Assembly: GCA_037379345.1 (NCBI GenBank)
Contig: CM074515.1
Span: 10,602,001-10,666,000 of the forward strand
Length of the DNA: 64,000 nucleotides
Direction of reading: 5' to 3'
Origin: Perna viridis
Taxonomy: Eukaryota
In this document: positions 10,591 through 24,637 of the stretch, one piece after another
How the letters are laid out: the number at the start of each line of letters is the position of its first letter
Numbering within the stretch: position 1 is the first letter of the stretch
Notes under the pieces: model-generated
Databases searched by the model: none
Told to the model about the DNA's origin: nothing
Seen by the model: the letters and a program-made list of their open reading frames with translations, nothing else
Made by a program: the position numbers and the translations under genes

Positions 10591-13500
10591 TACGTTTCTT
10601 TTTGTTTATTAGTTGAATTGTGTCAATGTTACCTTGAACTATCATATGCTGAAGTAAAAACGTACCTAGTTTCGAAAGTTTAGAAAGTCAATTCAAACAA
10701 GCACTTTAGAAGACATACAAAACCATGCTTCCTTTACTATATTTTGGACGGAGCTGTAAACGGTAGTATAAAACTTACATTTATTGTATCTTTTATCGGT
10801 ACTGAAAACAAAATTATGCAAACATTTTTTTCTCAGTCAGATCAAAAGAACTCCAAACAGAAGGGAGAAGGAACCTTATAAGTCCCACCTCCCGATTCTC
10901 TTTTCCTCAAATGATTCATATACCCACAATTGCGATTTCGAGTACTTTTATTGTCATTTTCAGTTACGATTTTATTGATTTTGTTTTGTTTATTTGTCAG
11001 TTTAGTGCTTATATTTAAGATTCTCTCTCAGCGAAGATTGGTTTAGAATATTTTCACCCTTTAAACTAAGAATACAAACATGGAAGTATATAAAACCAGG
11101 GAAGTGCAAGTAGGTGGGAAATATCCCTGTTGCAACTGAAATTAAAGCACATACCAGTGGTAAAAACAATATCGTTTAATGGGGAAAGAACAATGCTTCG
11201 TTTCCCAGGCGCGGATTTATAGGGGCAAACCCAGTGTACGTCTACTATTTTTTTTCACGAAATCTTGATTTTTGTTTGTCTTGCTTTGCTTCGCTCGGCC
11301 CATACACGACCCAAGCCTGACATCGTGGATCCGACCCTGTAATTTCTACATCAATTGCTCAAAAAGCAGAAACGATTTGACTGAAATTTAAAAAAAAAAA
11401 AATAACGCTGTATATAAGTAGATATAAATTTATTGGCATTTAGAACAGCTATGCTATCAAATTAGTTCAAACTTTATACTTTAATATCAATTTTCTTCTG
11501 TCTTTCACATTGATTCAGACGTCACTCATTATGACGAATTACGATAAAGGTCACTAATGTTTTGGCTGAATCCGATGTTTTTGTCTTATACTTATTTCCA
11601 TCAGACTTCATGGATAGCTGTTATCTTCGAAAACGTCATTCAAGACGTGTTCATCTGTCGAAGATAAGACCTAAAACCACAAATGAAAATTCTAACGACA
11701 TTAGCACAGGCATGAACCAGACTGGAAACATGTCGGTACAGAAACCAAGTCTTTGAAGTGAAATGTATTATACACGTAGATGAACATTTATAAAATGTGC
11801 ATTGCTTGAGATATAGACTGATACATATCTATGACCCTGACTGAAGAATGCCACAACCGATTGATGGATTGATTGACTGATTTATCACTCTAATTGGGTG
11901 CTAGTGTGTCTGAAAAAAATATATGTCTTAAAATTTGTATTAGATTGTGTCGTTTTATGGTAAAATGGTCCCAGCATCTGTTATTAACTGTATATTAGTA
12001 AGAAAAGGCGTTTTGTGGCAATATTGAGGGTATTAGTTATACTATCAACATCTCTCTTTGTTGCAATATTGGTATCTAATATAAAGTGTTGATTAAGTTA
12101 TTTATGTTTCTCAGACTGTGATTATCGAGGTATATTACCTTGTTAGTTGTTCTTTGTCTGTCCGGTGCCTTCTGACTAAAGGTCAAAAATCGAAAATGGG
12201 AAAATATCCTACGCTTCGTTCGGTTCCTGGAAAATTAAATGCCTTTTTAATAATAATTCAGACAGAAATTACCACTTGATTGTTAGATATGAGATGTGTT
12301 TTTCTCCTTGGATAGGCAAGTTTGTAAATAGAGTTTCCAATTTCCATAGTGTAAATACCTCCAAGATGCAATTAAATAGTAATATCTCCATTGGAAAGAA
12401 GACGAAAATTCAATAAAATACTTCGGAATAATGTTTACACTGTTAAGAAGAGAATCTAAAATCTCATTTCTTACAACAAAGAACAATTTTCTAATATTTT
12501 CTGGTTTAAATCTGGTTTCATGTTATTTTCTATTTCTGAATCTTGCTCGTCCTCTGGGACACTAAAAACGGACCTTAAAACTTTATTCAGAACGCTGCAC
12601 TGAACCTAATTACGAGAAAGAAAGTCAAAATCATGCAGGAGGGTAAAATGTAGTTCCTATATGTTCATTCTTTCTACTTCGAGTGAAAAAAATCACTTAG
12701 TGATCGTGCAAACCTAACACTATGTGAAGAAGAAACCAAAGGAGTTTCGATTCGTGTGGTAATCAAAAATGTTGAATATTTTTCCGACGCAGTCGGTATA
12801 GTTTCGCTTTTTACCCTTTGACCTTAAAGATGCTCTTCCATGGAAACGCAAGTCACCTGATCAAAATTCTGTTTCCAGATTGGCCAAATACTGATAACTT
12901 AGTGGGGTTCGAAAAAGGAAATTGAAATTGCGTGCCATGCGTTATTTCCTGATGAAAATTTTAAGTAAAAAGAACAAATTTTACTGCGTCGGCTATCTTT
13001 TTTTTAAATAGTACTTGTTTATATATATAATCAATAATGACTCTTCTTGTTTGATAAATGAGAGTTGTTTCCCGTTGAAAGATAATGATAATGCATGCCA
13101 TTATTGAAAAGATTATAAAAAGTATGAAACAGTTGTTGAACTTCAGGACTGAAGCTCTCTTTACAGCATATTAAAAATAAAAATATTTGATCCATGAATC
13201 AGTCTCTGCGCGATTAACAGATGGACGGCTATTGAAGGTATATAATATAACAATGCTGCCAGCTTATAAGGAGTCAAAGTTGCATTATTATTATGATTAT
13301 CTTTCTTTTATTTACTTCGTCATTTTACATCCACATTATTTGTTGTTTTATGCAATAGTGACGTACATGTATTCACATATAGTATGTTTAGTGTATATAC
13401 TTATATTTTGAAAGTCCTGTCGAATCTAATCTAGTGACTTATTCAAAGTATATATAATACTTCAAACGATTAGTTATTCTGTAAACACTCTTCAGTTGGT

Positions 13501-14842
13501 GTACCTCTAAAACGACTTGAGCAGTCGTCACTAGAAGGGCATACGTACGCTAGTCAGGTATCCCGAAGTCTGGACTACCCACCAACAAAAGTGTCTTTTA
13601 ACTACCACCAACTGCTAACAGAATTCTCGTAACAGAGACCCAAAGAGTAGTCAAGACCGCAAACCCCACAATCATCATATTCTATAACAGTAAATGGTAC
13701 CTTAACCCTGATCTGATTGATTCATTTATCTACTTATACTAAATATGGAAACATTTGTTTATTATCTTCAAAAAGCCATTTTATGTTTATCTACAATCAC
13801 TGTAAATCATATACTCATTTTGATTAAAGACTATCTTTCTTAAAATCAAATCTCTATACGTTGGCCACATGCAGAACGGATGTCGCCTTGATTAGAACTG
13901 ACACTTTAATCAAAAATTAGAAGAAATATTAGTTATTAATAGAAGAATTCAATGACCACAGCTTTTACATTTCTGCTTGGATAAGTTCTTTCAAAACATG
14001 CAATTTATTTAATTACAAAAATTGTCAAATTCTTATGGTCGGGTGGTCGGATACTGGGCTGATAGGAAGGGCAAAGATGATAGATGGCTAATGGCCGCAG
14101 TTCGGCCAGTGAAAATTGAAGCCCTTTTAACCTCTTTTGTTTGGCTAGCGTCTGTAAAACATAAACTTATTCATAAAAGAAATGGGCCATGAATTGATAC
14201 AAAGAAATTAATGATCCTTTAATTAACTTTAGGCTTTCCATGACCAACCCTCCTGTCCCGTCTGTTGGTTTTATATTTTAATACACACCTAATTAACTTA
14301 ATGAACCTCGATGTTTATTAGCTCATTTTTTCCTGCTGAAAAAAAAAATGTCTGTGACATCATCACCTGCTTTGTATAACAATCTAGAAGAATCTCAATT
14401 GGAAGGCATGGCTTCTTTCAGAGATATGATGCAAGTAGAAATGCAACAATGTTGTCAAATATTACAACCACCATATTCTTGTCAGATTTGTATGAGATTA
14501 TGTTTGTCGTTGAAAACAAAATAAGTCTGAGAGATAAAATTATAAATGTGGGAATGTTTAATAACGACCTGATCTCGAATGATCGGTTTTAAATGTTAGT
14601 AAAACAAACATTTGTTGGTGGCGGAGACCAGCCTTCGGGGTAACTGGCAAAAGAACTCAGTCATAGTCCTAACAGCGGCTGGGCTGCTCTGTTCTGGTTG
14701 ATTCCCAGACCCACTAACCGCCTGGAGGTACGCCAACTGAACAGTTAAAAATGCGAACTGATGGAAGGGGCGGGCCCCAGATATGTTATTGTATGTTTTG
14801 ACATGGAAAAAACACCCTCGATTAAAATACAATTAGATAATC

Positions 14843-14931
14843 ATTTGACCTAGTTATTTACTAAATCCTATTTGACCTAGTTACTTAGTAAATCCTATTT
14901 GACCTAGTTATTTACTAAATCCTATTTGACC
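14843..14931. repeat. 27-bp minisatellite, about 3.3 units
   Basis: ATTTGACCTAGTTATTTACTAAATCCT repeated. Confidence 0.9.
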
Positions 14932-16388
14932 ACTTATTTTTCGTCACATCTCTGGATCCGCCATAGAAGTTACACGTTCGACAAAGATGCTTTAACTCAA
15001 CACTAAATTAATGGACACCCTTTTAGACATGTTGATTTCTATTTTACGATGTAGTTGCAAAATGACATCATCACTTTAGACATGTTTACAACATAAATGT
15101 ACGGTAAAATACTCCTCGGTCATTCTTCTTGAAAAAAAATCGGAATCGAAGAAAGGCTGGACAGCATAATATTCACATTTCGACATTTTTATTATCGATA
15201 CAGACATCGCCTTGAACACTTTTTTGTCTTTAAAACCGTCCTAATTATCACTTTTGGTCCTTTTTATTACAACTGTCAGATGATTTTGCTCGCTGTAACT
15301 TTTTTATTTGCATTACATTAAAGACAAATGCCATTTAGTGAAAAATTAACTTTCAATATTTTCGCGTTTTCGCCATCAACTTACAATTTAAAGACTGTAA
15401 ATCTCTCGAAATCACCAAAATATTTTTTTCTATCCCTAAGATAATTTCCCTTTTCATATATACATATGTCAATAAACAAGTCATGTATACAGGGAAAAAA
15501 TAGCTGTTTGTCCAACAGAAAAAGTGGTTACGGTCGAATCATGCATGCAGTCAAAACAAACGATGTTCATGCATGTGTTTATATCGAGGAACTAAGCACA
15601 ATGTTTTAGTGATTTTACAATACAATAAAAATATTATACATATTTATCTATGAATAACTTAAGTATTAGGTACGGAATATCTGTCCTAATTCTAACTCCT
15701 TGTCCTATTAAGTTTATAATGCATACAGGCCATCAATTTTTGTTTATATGTTTTAAACAGTCACTATGGAATGTAGGAAAAAAAGTCACAGAAAAATAGT
15801 CACGGATAAAAAGTCACAGAAAAAATCACAAGAAAAAAAGTCACAGGAAAAAAAGTCACAATATATCTTTTGTTAGGAATAATGGTCACATATATAGGGA
15901 AAAAGTTATAAATTTAATTTTGTTTTTTAATATCTTTATCATACATGTATTTAGGATTAATTTGTTATATAGATATATAAAATGTCATTTTACGGATAAT
16001 TATTTTTTTGTGGTAAATATAATTTAAATGCCTTAATATATATTTTGTTTATACTGTAGTTAATTCTTCCTGGATAGAAACCCAGTTGTTTACTTAGTAC
16101 ATGAATTTAATTTATAAATGACTCAGAAACCCTAATGATTGAAATTGAAAGGGGTGGTTTATAAAAAGAAGCCACTTGCTTGCTATTGTCATAAATGTCT
16201 ATACACTGACATACTTTATTAATTGTAGGGTCATATTTAGTAGTTAAGAATACAATTGTGAAAGAAATTGTTGAACATCAACATATGGAGAAACCATACC
16301 TGGTAAATCCGATGCCAGAGCAAAATGTATGGTTTCCTTCACTTTTCCTATAAAAAGAAAAGTTAACTTTCACTATCAATAAACCAAA

Positions 16389-17270
16389 ATGGAAATTATA
16401 CCAAGCAACAGAGGTGGTTCCAAACTATGTTACCAGGGGTACATGTATACCAAACATGCTACCAGAAAGACCAGTCAGTGGTAGAAGTGTGTTAAGCGGT
16501 CCAGTACAGGATGCAGAGGAAGCCTTAGTACTACACTGCAGAATGAAAATCCAGTTCCAGGGAAGTCACACAATCACGCTCCCAGTGATACAAGTATCAA
16601 GTACACAAAAGCCAGAAATGCCATGAAAGACCTAGCAACCAACACCGGAGACAAACCCAGCCAGATCTTTGCCCAGGTTGTGTCCCAGTGTGATGACAAT
16701 GTTCAAGCCTTGCTGCCTCGTGAAGAAAACTGCAAACGCACAATTCGCTACCAGCGTCCTACTCCTCCAGTTCCAGCCACTCATGCAGATGACAGATTGC
16801 CTGAAGAGTACACAACAACTACCAACAACCAACAGTTCCTGCAATATGACAACGGCCAGAATGCAGAAAACAGAATGTTAGTCTTCTACTCACCAGATAG
16901 TTTGGAAAGATTAGCCGATGCTCAGACCTTCTTCATGGACGGTACCTTCTCTGTAGCTCCACATCTATTCAAACAGCTGTACACCATCCGGGTTCCATTC
17001 AAAGATGTAACAGTCACTGCAGTATATGCCTTCCTGCCAAATAAATCCCAAGACACGTACAGAGAGCTGTTCCAGTCTATTGTTGACAACTGCCAAGCCA
17101 GCAACCTACAACTCAATGTCCAGGCTATCATCACCGACTTTGAAGATGCAGTCCTTCGTGCAGTTACAGCTGTATTTGGTCGCCACATCAACCACCAGGG
17201 ATGCTTCCACCACCTGACTCAAGCATCATGGCGAAAGGTACATGGTTCTCATTTATCAAGGTCTCTATAA
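16389..17270 (+). pseudogene. FLYWCH plus MULE DDE transposase pseudogene
   Basis: ATG at 16389 is in frame with ORF 16623..17270: MEIIPSNRGGSKLCYQGYMYTKH...QW*KCVKR..GCRG...HNH (FLYWCH-like, TAG at 16482). Then FFMDGTF, QLYTI, YAFLPNKSQDTY, IITDFE and GCFHHLTQASWRKV (D, D, CxxH). Truncated at about 17240, before the catalytic E. Confidence 0.92.
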
Positions 17271-17347
17271 GTCCCTTATATTTAGAAGGAGTTGTGATTG
17301 AAGACATAGCAATGAGACAATCGAATTTGATTTTCAATCAAGTCTTG

Positions 17348-17540
17348 AAACAAAACAAACAAAACAAAAACAAAAACAAAAAAATAAAACAAACAAACAA
17401 ACAAAAAAATCACAAAACTTTAAAAACAAAACAAACATACATACAAAGAAAAAAGTCACAAAACTTTAAAAACAAACAAAAAAAACAACAAAAAAACAAC
17501 AAAAAACACCAAAAAAAACCAAAACCAAAAACAAACAAAT
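17348..17540 (+). repeat. A-rich (AAAAC/AAAC)n low-complexity tract inside the MULE
   Basis: Direct inspection. Confidence 0.9.
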
Positions 17541-18560
17541 CATATATATTGTGACTTTTTTTCCTGTGACTTTTTTCCCACATATTTTGTGACTTTCTAT
17601 CCTGTGACTTTTTTTCTTGTGACTTTTTTTTCCCGTTTACCGTCACTATGAAACAAAGAAACCCGTTATTAATTTAACATGTGAAATAATCTAAAGACTA
17701 GTGTCGATAATAATGGCCAATTGCATAACTGAGATAGCGATCTAACGAGGATCCCGTTATAACATGAAAAGAGGCTGATCACAATGATTACCAAATTAAG
17801 GTTGTATCTAACGAAGTATGACATTGTGTGTCATCATCTGAAGGGTCCACTCGATTCCTCCATTGTGAAATTAGAAATCTTAATTGCGATTCTATTTAGT
17901 CTCCGTAAGAGTTGATTACGGAAAATGTCGAATGCGGAGGAAATTAAACACAATTGAATTTTGTTCCTATTTGTAAAATTGCAAATATTTCTTCAAACTC
18001 CGTTGAAGTGGACCTAATTAATTCAAGGAATGGAACGCTGCATTAGCTTTCTCATTCCACAATTCCAACCTTTTTAAAAAGGGTCAGTGGCGCCATCTGT
18101 CATATTGTTTCTCCTTTAAGAGCTCAATATGCAACTATTGTGTCTCCAAGAAGTCCAAACAAAACATGTTGATGGTTTTATCTGAGGCTTATTGGAGCCG
18201 TCGTTTTCTGCGAATCAGTTACAGAATTAACAATTTCTCAACTGCATTAGTCCCCCTAAACAACCATTATGTGTTGCTTCCATGTAATATATGAATTGTA
18301 ATATGGTGTTTAAGATGTATATATACAATGTTAATTGATAACTCTTACAATCAAAATTGATTCCACTTGAAAATATAGGACTATTTTTTTACTTTAGATA
18401 TGAAATCATTTAATTTATTGAGAAATACAAATGTCCGTACAAAAGCCAGCCTCTGCTATCCACTGTTGTTTATAGAATAGTAAGGGCTGCACGGCTTCAG
18501 TCTGGCTACGAATTTTACAATGTGACACATAGACATACTATTAAAGACAAAACATGAAAA

Positions 18561-19470
18561 CAAGAGGCTCTCAAGAGCCTAAATCGCTCACCTGATTGAA
18601 TTTTGCCTTTCAAAGGCAACAAATTTAACAAGTTGTCCAACAATTTTGACTCAAGAAGACTTTGGTAGGACTTATCATATGGATTATTTCAGAAATGAAA
18701 GTTTCTGTCCATCTATCGTATTTTTCAAGATAATGGCTGAAAACTGCAAAAAAAAAAGAAAACGTCATTTTCTCCTTTCAAGGGCAATAACTCTTACAAG
18801 GAGTCATCTGACAACTTTTATCCCTGAAGACTTTTGTAGTCCTAATAATAAAATCAATTCAGCCATTGAAATAATTTAGCTTAAACCTAACGGTTTTGGG
18901 GATATATGCGAAAAACTACTGTCTGATCTCTATGTTCTATTTTTAGTAACAGCAGCCATATTTTTCGACAAATCAAAAATCCTCACATTAGTTCTATGCA
19001 GGATACCCCAAGGGACATTCATACCAAGTTTGGTTCCAATTGGTCAAGTAGTGTCAGAGGAGAAGATTTACATTTAGATTAACATTAAAAAGAGCAAAAA
19101 AAGTCGAATAACTCCAACATTACTTAACAGATTAAAATGAAAATTTGACAACAGATAGATCTCATCTTGCAGAATACTTTTACCCGCGTCAGAATTTGGC
19201 TAAACTTAAAGGTTTTGGAGATATAAGCGAAAAACTAATGTCTGACCCCTATGTTCTATTTTTAGTAACGGCGGCCATATTTTTCGACGGATAAAAAATC
19301 CCCATATTTGGTTCTATGCAGGATACCCCAAAGAATATTCAAACTAGGTTTGGTTCCAATTGGTCCTAGGAGAAGATTTTCAAAAATTGTTACCGGCGAC
19401 GGACGACGACGGACGACGACGGGCGTCAAGTGATAGCAGTAGCTCACGTGGCCTCTGGCCAGGTGAGCTA
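18561..19470 (-). mobile_element. Complete non-autonomous Helentron/HINE-type element with internal repeats of about 300 bp
   Basis: On the minus strand: 5' TTTTAGCTCACCTGGCCAGAGGCCACGTGAGCT stem, (GTC/GTCC)n tract, two internal units, 3' sub-TIR CAGGTGAGCGAT plus hairpin AGGCTC-TTGA-GAGCCT. T-rich flanks and no TSD. Confidence 0.85.
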
Positions 19471-19500
19471 AAATGAATCTTTAAAAATAATCATGATATA

Positions 19501-19651
19501 CCACGCATAACACACTACCACGAAGTAACCACGCATAACACACTACCACGAAGTAGAGAATTATACATAGAGGTGTGCTAGTTAAGGAACTGTGGTATAA
19601 TTCTGTTTTCGTAGAGGTGTGCTAGTTAAGGAACTGTGGTATAATTCTGTT
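19501..19651. repeat. Two adjacent short tandem duplications (about 28 bp x2; about 45 bp x2)
   Basis: CCACGCATAACACACTACCACGAAGTA x2; TAGAGGTGTGCTAGTTAAGGAACTGTGGTATAATTCTGTT x2. Confidence 0.85.
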
Positions 19652-22600
19652 GGATCTCAACGGTCATTCATAAGCATTTTCAGTCAACATGTGCTATTTG
19701 TCAAATACACAGTGTAACATTTTAAAACAGAAACAATGTTGTTTACATAGTGTCATTTGCTGCTTCATATGGTATAAACTGTACAAAATGGACTGAATAT
19801 TGACCGATTGACAAATTAAAAATCAAACCTGCTGACAGCTGTAAATGTAGACTCCAGACAAAGAACAGTTGCATAGCTAAGCAAATTTCCTTCTCTACTG
19901 AATCAGTATCTACTATCCTATGATAATTATTTGAAGTAACGGTGTGTGATTTTCTGTCATATCTAAGTACAGTAATTTTTGTTTGCTGCGGAAACTTTCG
20001 GTAATTCTCGGTAAGTTTTGCGGCGAAAACAAACAACGCACCGGAAGCAGAGGCAACGAATGTGATTATATCATGAAAACGTTTCAATAATTTCATTACA
20101 TTTATTAGACAACAAATAGTTTTAGACAAAACAATTGCTTCATACCAACACTTAATTGTTAAATCTAAACGTAATCGCTTTCAGTAATTGGTACAGAAAC
20201 GATGTGAAATTATTTAAGGTTCCGGATACCTGCCACTTTTCATGTCTGATACAAGGAATATTATCGGACCGGAAACAAAGTTTAGAGATCAAAATTTGCC
20301 ATGAAACGTCTTTTCTTCTTTGATATTTTTAATTAGTGTCTCCTTTTTGCTGAATGGATAAATAGTAAGAATATTACTATATATTACCAATATTATCAAC
20401 ATACAAACCAATTAAGGAAATAGCAACCTATTCTAATTGCAAAAGTCTGCGTGTAATATTTTAATTGAATCGTAATATCAGGATGATAAATAATAAGTGC
20501 TTCTCAAGCAACGTCAGCTGTTTTGTGTTGTTGTCTTTTATTGTTTTATTTTAAATGAAAATATATGAAAAGACCACAGTGATTACTTCTTTTGTTGTAT
20601 GAAGGTGTTTTTATTCACTACTTTAGGTATTTGAGTGTACATGCGTGGGTGCGCTTGAGAAGTATTGTCTCGTATGTCCATCACAACAAATCATTGCATT
20701 GTGCCGCATCACACAGTCATCCCAATTCTGCGTCATCGCAAAAAATCATCCCAAAATTATCAGGTCATATTAAAACTGCGGCGTTATCATAAATCATCTC
20801 AATTCAAGGATTAATTCTAGCACCACAAAAACTCTTCAGTTAACACATGTATATATAGTGTTTATTAGTAGGAGAGATAGGTAAAAAAATATCAGTGCAT
20901 AGCCTCATACTATTTTTCAAATCTTAATATCACATTTTTCATTTTTCCTGTATTAGATTTGTCTGGAAAAACTTGATTAACAGCGAAGACCTTTCATACA
21001 AATCATACTTCATGATGCGCATTTCTAAGACGTTGCCAAAATTGTGGAATATTTATGACGGAACGATACCCATTAAGTTGTTCTGGTTATGTTTAGTTTT
21101 TATACAACTGTCAAACTTGGTCTGACAACATTCATCATAACACTATTCTATCAATAAAGGGTCACTCGTTACTTTTACTGTATTAAGCACAACCGAAGTT
21201 ATGTGCATTGATGGTAAGGCACAACACCGTTTTCTTCTCGGGGTTGGGGAGGGTGGGCTGGGGTTTTATGTTGAGTTAAAAAGGGGTTCGATTACTGGTA
21301 ATTGATAGTGCTTCCCCGCATAAATGGAAACTAGCGCCTTCAGCGGTCAAAGATAGAATACAGATGCATGTTTAATAAATGATCAGTGTGTACTTCAGAA
21401 TATCCTGCGCGGTATTAAATTCTATAACATATCCAACATATTGAGAGATTAATCCCGTCAGCCGGTTTGAAAAAAAAAATAGTAAATTGCACCGCGTCAT
21501 TTTAAAGAGTTCGCGGATTTTTACAAAAGTAGTGTGGATGCCTTGAGTAAATTTTTACATTATGTATAGCAGAGCTAATATGATGAAGTAATGCTGTGTA
21601 CTAATTATTGGCCTGCGAAGGAGATTAGGAATTACAATGCTTTCCGTTTTGGACGTACAGTGTTCTGGTCCCCTGCTGTAGTTACAGGGTGAATACAATA
21701 TAACCTTCTTGTAAGTTTCTACAATGAAAAAAGATTGACTTTGGTACATTACATGTTTCTTAAAACTCTGTAATGCGAGGGCACTGCAAGATAACTTTTA
21801 ATTTCACCTTTTATGGTCTCAATTCTAATTCAGTGGACGAATTTGCAGGATTAAACATTTTGCGACAAGTTTTACTACGGCTTTAATGTTTTTCATGGTT
21901 TTAATTAGTCGACTCTCGTGTTTCTCCAATAGTTTATGGTAGAATTTTTCAATTTTATGCGGAGTAATTTAACATTGGAGTAACAAGTTACCATTATCCT
22001 GTGATTCTTTTTCACGTAACGATGCTAGGCATAATATTTGCTGACACCTAAAATCAAAAGTCATTACTCGTCACAGCAGCGCTCCTTACTCAGATTTTTC
22101 AATTTCACTTCCATTAAGACAGTTCCTTCTAAGGTCATCAATAAATTACCATCATTTAATTTTATTTTGATTATTTCATTACAAAAACCAGTGACGGTAC
22201 GGCTCTTATAAATCTGAATTAATGCTTCAGGTTTAACGACGCTGTTGCAAAATTACCATGCGTTGGTATTAGTCCTCGGGAGATTGCAGTTTTTGAATTA
22301 TTTCGTTGAAAGTGTCGTAAATTCTTTTAAGGCTCGTTACATGAAATTAAGTATAGGAATTTAAGCTCTCCGACTCCAATAAATTCAATGTTAGTCGGTT
22401 CAAATAATCAACAGTTGTTTTCCTTATTCACGTACGGACATTTACTAATGCGGAAATGGACTTCCTTTACTGTTTAAATTGTATTTTAAGTCATTGCTTC
22501 GTCATATAAATTACCGCTTTAAAACTTACAAATAGTTAGTCCGTCTTTATTATTTGTAGACAGTTTAATGTATATTCTGGTAGAAATAACATGTTTACAA

Positions 22601-22833
22601 TAATTGAATCAAATACGATGTATTTGCATTAGTCTGGCAACCAAGGGACTCCTAGTTCATTTCTATATGTTTTTCTTTGTATATTTGTGACAAAGTACCT
22701 AGTTTAAATGTGTTTTTTTAAGTTACGAAAGCAATGCATGACTTCTACCATGATGTGTCATGGCACCTAAAATAGACGACCGTCGTTTCTCTGTAACCTA
22801 TCATTGAAGTCTGGGTTACATTATGATTTTATT

Positions 22834-23038
22834 AAAAGCAGAGGACGCTTACCCTACCGGTGCACCTGGTCCATGCTCCCAGTTTTTAGTGGAGTCCGAG
22901 TTGCTCATTTGCTTTTGTTACTTTGTATGTATTTTAGTTACTTTATGTTCTTTGTTGTGTATGTCTGTTTTCCATGTCTGGTCCCTGGACTACAGTCTTT
23001 TGATTACCGCTATAACCTTGGTTCCCTTGATCACTCTT
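22834..23038 (+). mobile_element. 3' tail fragment of the Penelope-like family
   Basis: AAAAGCAGAGGACGCTTACCCTACC...GGTTCCCTTGATCACTCT is nearly identical to 62140-62346 and homologous to the tail following RT sequence at 30260-30490. Confidence 0.8.
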
Positions 23039-24399
23039 TATTGAATCATCGTATCTTTGTCTACCAATTGAACTTCAATTTCATTTATTGTTACTGAGTT
23101 CTTATAAAATATTAGTGGAAACAATTTCTTATTCATCATTTCGACAAAGCTATAAATCAAAAATTATATATGACTATGCATATGGCAAATATAGGTACTA
23201 AGTAAACGGGTTTATAATTGTTACAAGAGAAATAATTTCCTGGTCCACCAACATACAAGTTTATTGGGTTCATACAGATGATGAACAAAGCACAGAAAAA
23301 TTTTAGAGTTATAAACGAAATGAAATTATCACAAAAATTAATGATAAAGACAGCATTTAAAACCAAATAAATCAGCCTTAATATATTGTGTTTTGTGATT
23401 ATTTTCAGTCAGTTTTAAAGTTCATGTGTTTGATGCAAACTATGGCGTATAATACTAGGATTATATAGCTTGCGTACAACCGAAAAATTGTTGTTATAGT
23501 TTTCTTCGTGCTTTCTTTCCTTAAATAGGAATATAACATTCGCTTGGGTTTCCACCATCACTTGTTATTATCACCCAACTGTTTGTGGAAGGATAAACGC
23601 AATAAATCTTGGTTCATCTTCCTGGGAAAGTGGACAGGAATTATAAATAGTGCATTGGTCAATGTATGACAGGTTTATTTCATTAACTTTTTATATGTAC
23701 GGTCAATTAATATCCATAATCCCATCCAAACATAAAAGGCCAATATACGATCATTATGAGATTAGAGATTTATGATGGTACCATTTTAACGGTCGTGCCC
23801 TGGTAGTAACATTCACACGCTGTTAAGGTTTTAATTTTGATCAATATAACTTTTTCCTGAACTTTCATCTTCTCCCTATGCCTTTTGATGACTCAAGTTT
23901 TTGCAATCGACCATTTCTTGAATAAGACGTATTTATTTCCTCCTTGAATGTGGACATAGCTGTCTATAAGCTCGGAGAATTGATACCTAAAGTAGCCTGA
24001 TCATAGACAAGGACGGATTATGTTGCAGTGCAGATGATGGAGTGTTAACTCTGACTAAGACAACAGGTGAATGTCATTGTCGATAGTGGTAAAAACTTAG
24101 CAATGGCTCGCTTACTAGGCACAGACCATTTTCTTCTAATATGTCAAGTTAGGTGTCACATACGGGAAATGTGTATACCAGATTGTCGTCGAATTATAGC
24201 ATTAACTTCCAAGCGCATTAACATCAACACTGTACATATATGCATTGGATTAAAAAAAATGTACCAATTTGACTTAGTGTATTATATGACACACGCAAAT
24301 TTAATAGTGTTTTAACTGAGTTGACAGCAAACATTACTATGTTCTGACTTGTAGGAAACACACTCTTCACTTTCGTTTAAAATGTCCTCTGAAAAATTC

Positions 24400-24520
24400 C
24401 TAACGATGTTAGAACTGACAAATTTGCGATGCAAATTTTTGATCGTTCCCTCCGTGAGACTCGAACTCGTATCGCTGTGACATCTATGTCAACACCGCCT
24501 GCACAAAGTCCAGCGCCCTA
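24400..24520 (-). mobile_element. tRNA-derived SINE, missing its 5' A box
   Basis: The reverse complement has a B-box-like GAGTTCGAGTCTC. Homologous to 24524-24637 and 61610-61720. Confidence 0.75.
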
Positions 24521-24523
24521 TAT

Positions 24524-24637
24524 AGCCTAGCTGGCCGAGTGGTCTAGGGCGCTGGACTTTGTGCAGGCGATGTTGCCATAGATGTCACAGCGGTACGAGT
24601 TCGAGGGAAACGACCAAAAATTTGCATCGCAAATTTG
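24524..24637 (+). mobile_element. tRNA-derived SINE head (Ser/Leu-like A box), with a deletion after the B-box core
   Basis: AGCCTAGCTGGCCGAGTGGTCTAGGGCGCTGGAC...GAGTTCGAG. No valid cloverleaf; dispersed homologue at 61.6 kb. Confidence 0.75.

Larger units (their letters stand above)
15769..17641 (+). mobile_element. Mutator-like (Phantom-type FLYWCH-MULE) DNA transposon, internally deleted
   Basis: Direct repeat GTCACTATG at 15760-15768 and 17642-17650 (8-9-bp TSD depending on where the terminal G is assigned). Inverted ends are built from tandem AAAAAAGTCACA motifs (about 6 left, about 5 right). Encloses a MULE transposase remnant. Confidence 0.93.

Noticed and set aside
17201-17646. K/N/Q-rich and F/C-rich ORFs
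   Set aside because: Translations of the A-rich tract and the TIR repeats.
19980-20290. Promoter-like CpG patch with CCGGAA motifs
   Set aside because: Short motifs only, with no associated exon or gene.
22804-23097. Family of small hydrophobic ORFs (also 30321, 44444, 62179)
   Set aside because: All lie in the T-rich Penelope-like tail, and starts and frames are not conserved between copies.
24524-24610. Functional tRNA-Ser/Leu gene
   Set aside because: No acceptor stem or valid anticodon arm, B box damaged, and dispersed copies share a non-tRNA tail. It is a SINE.
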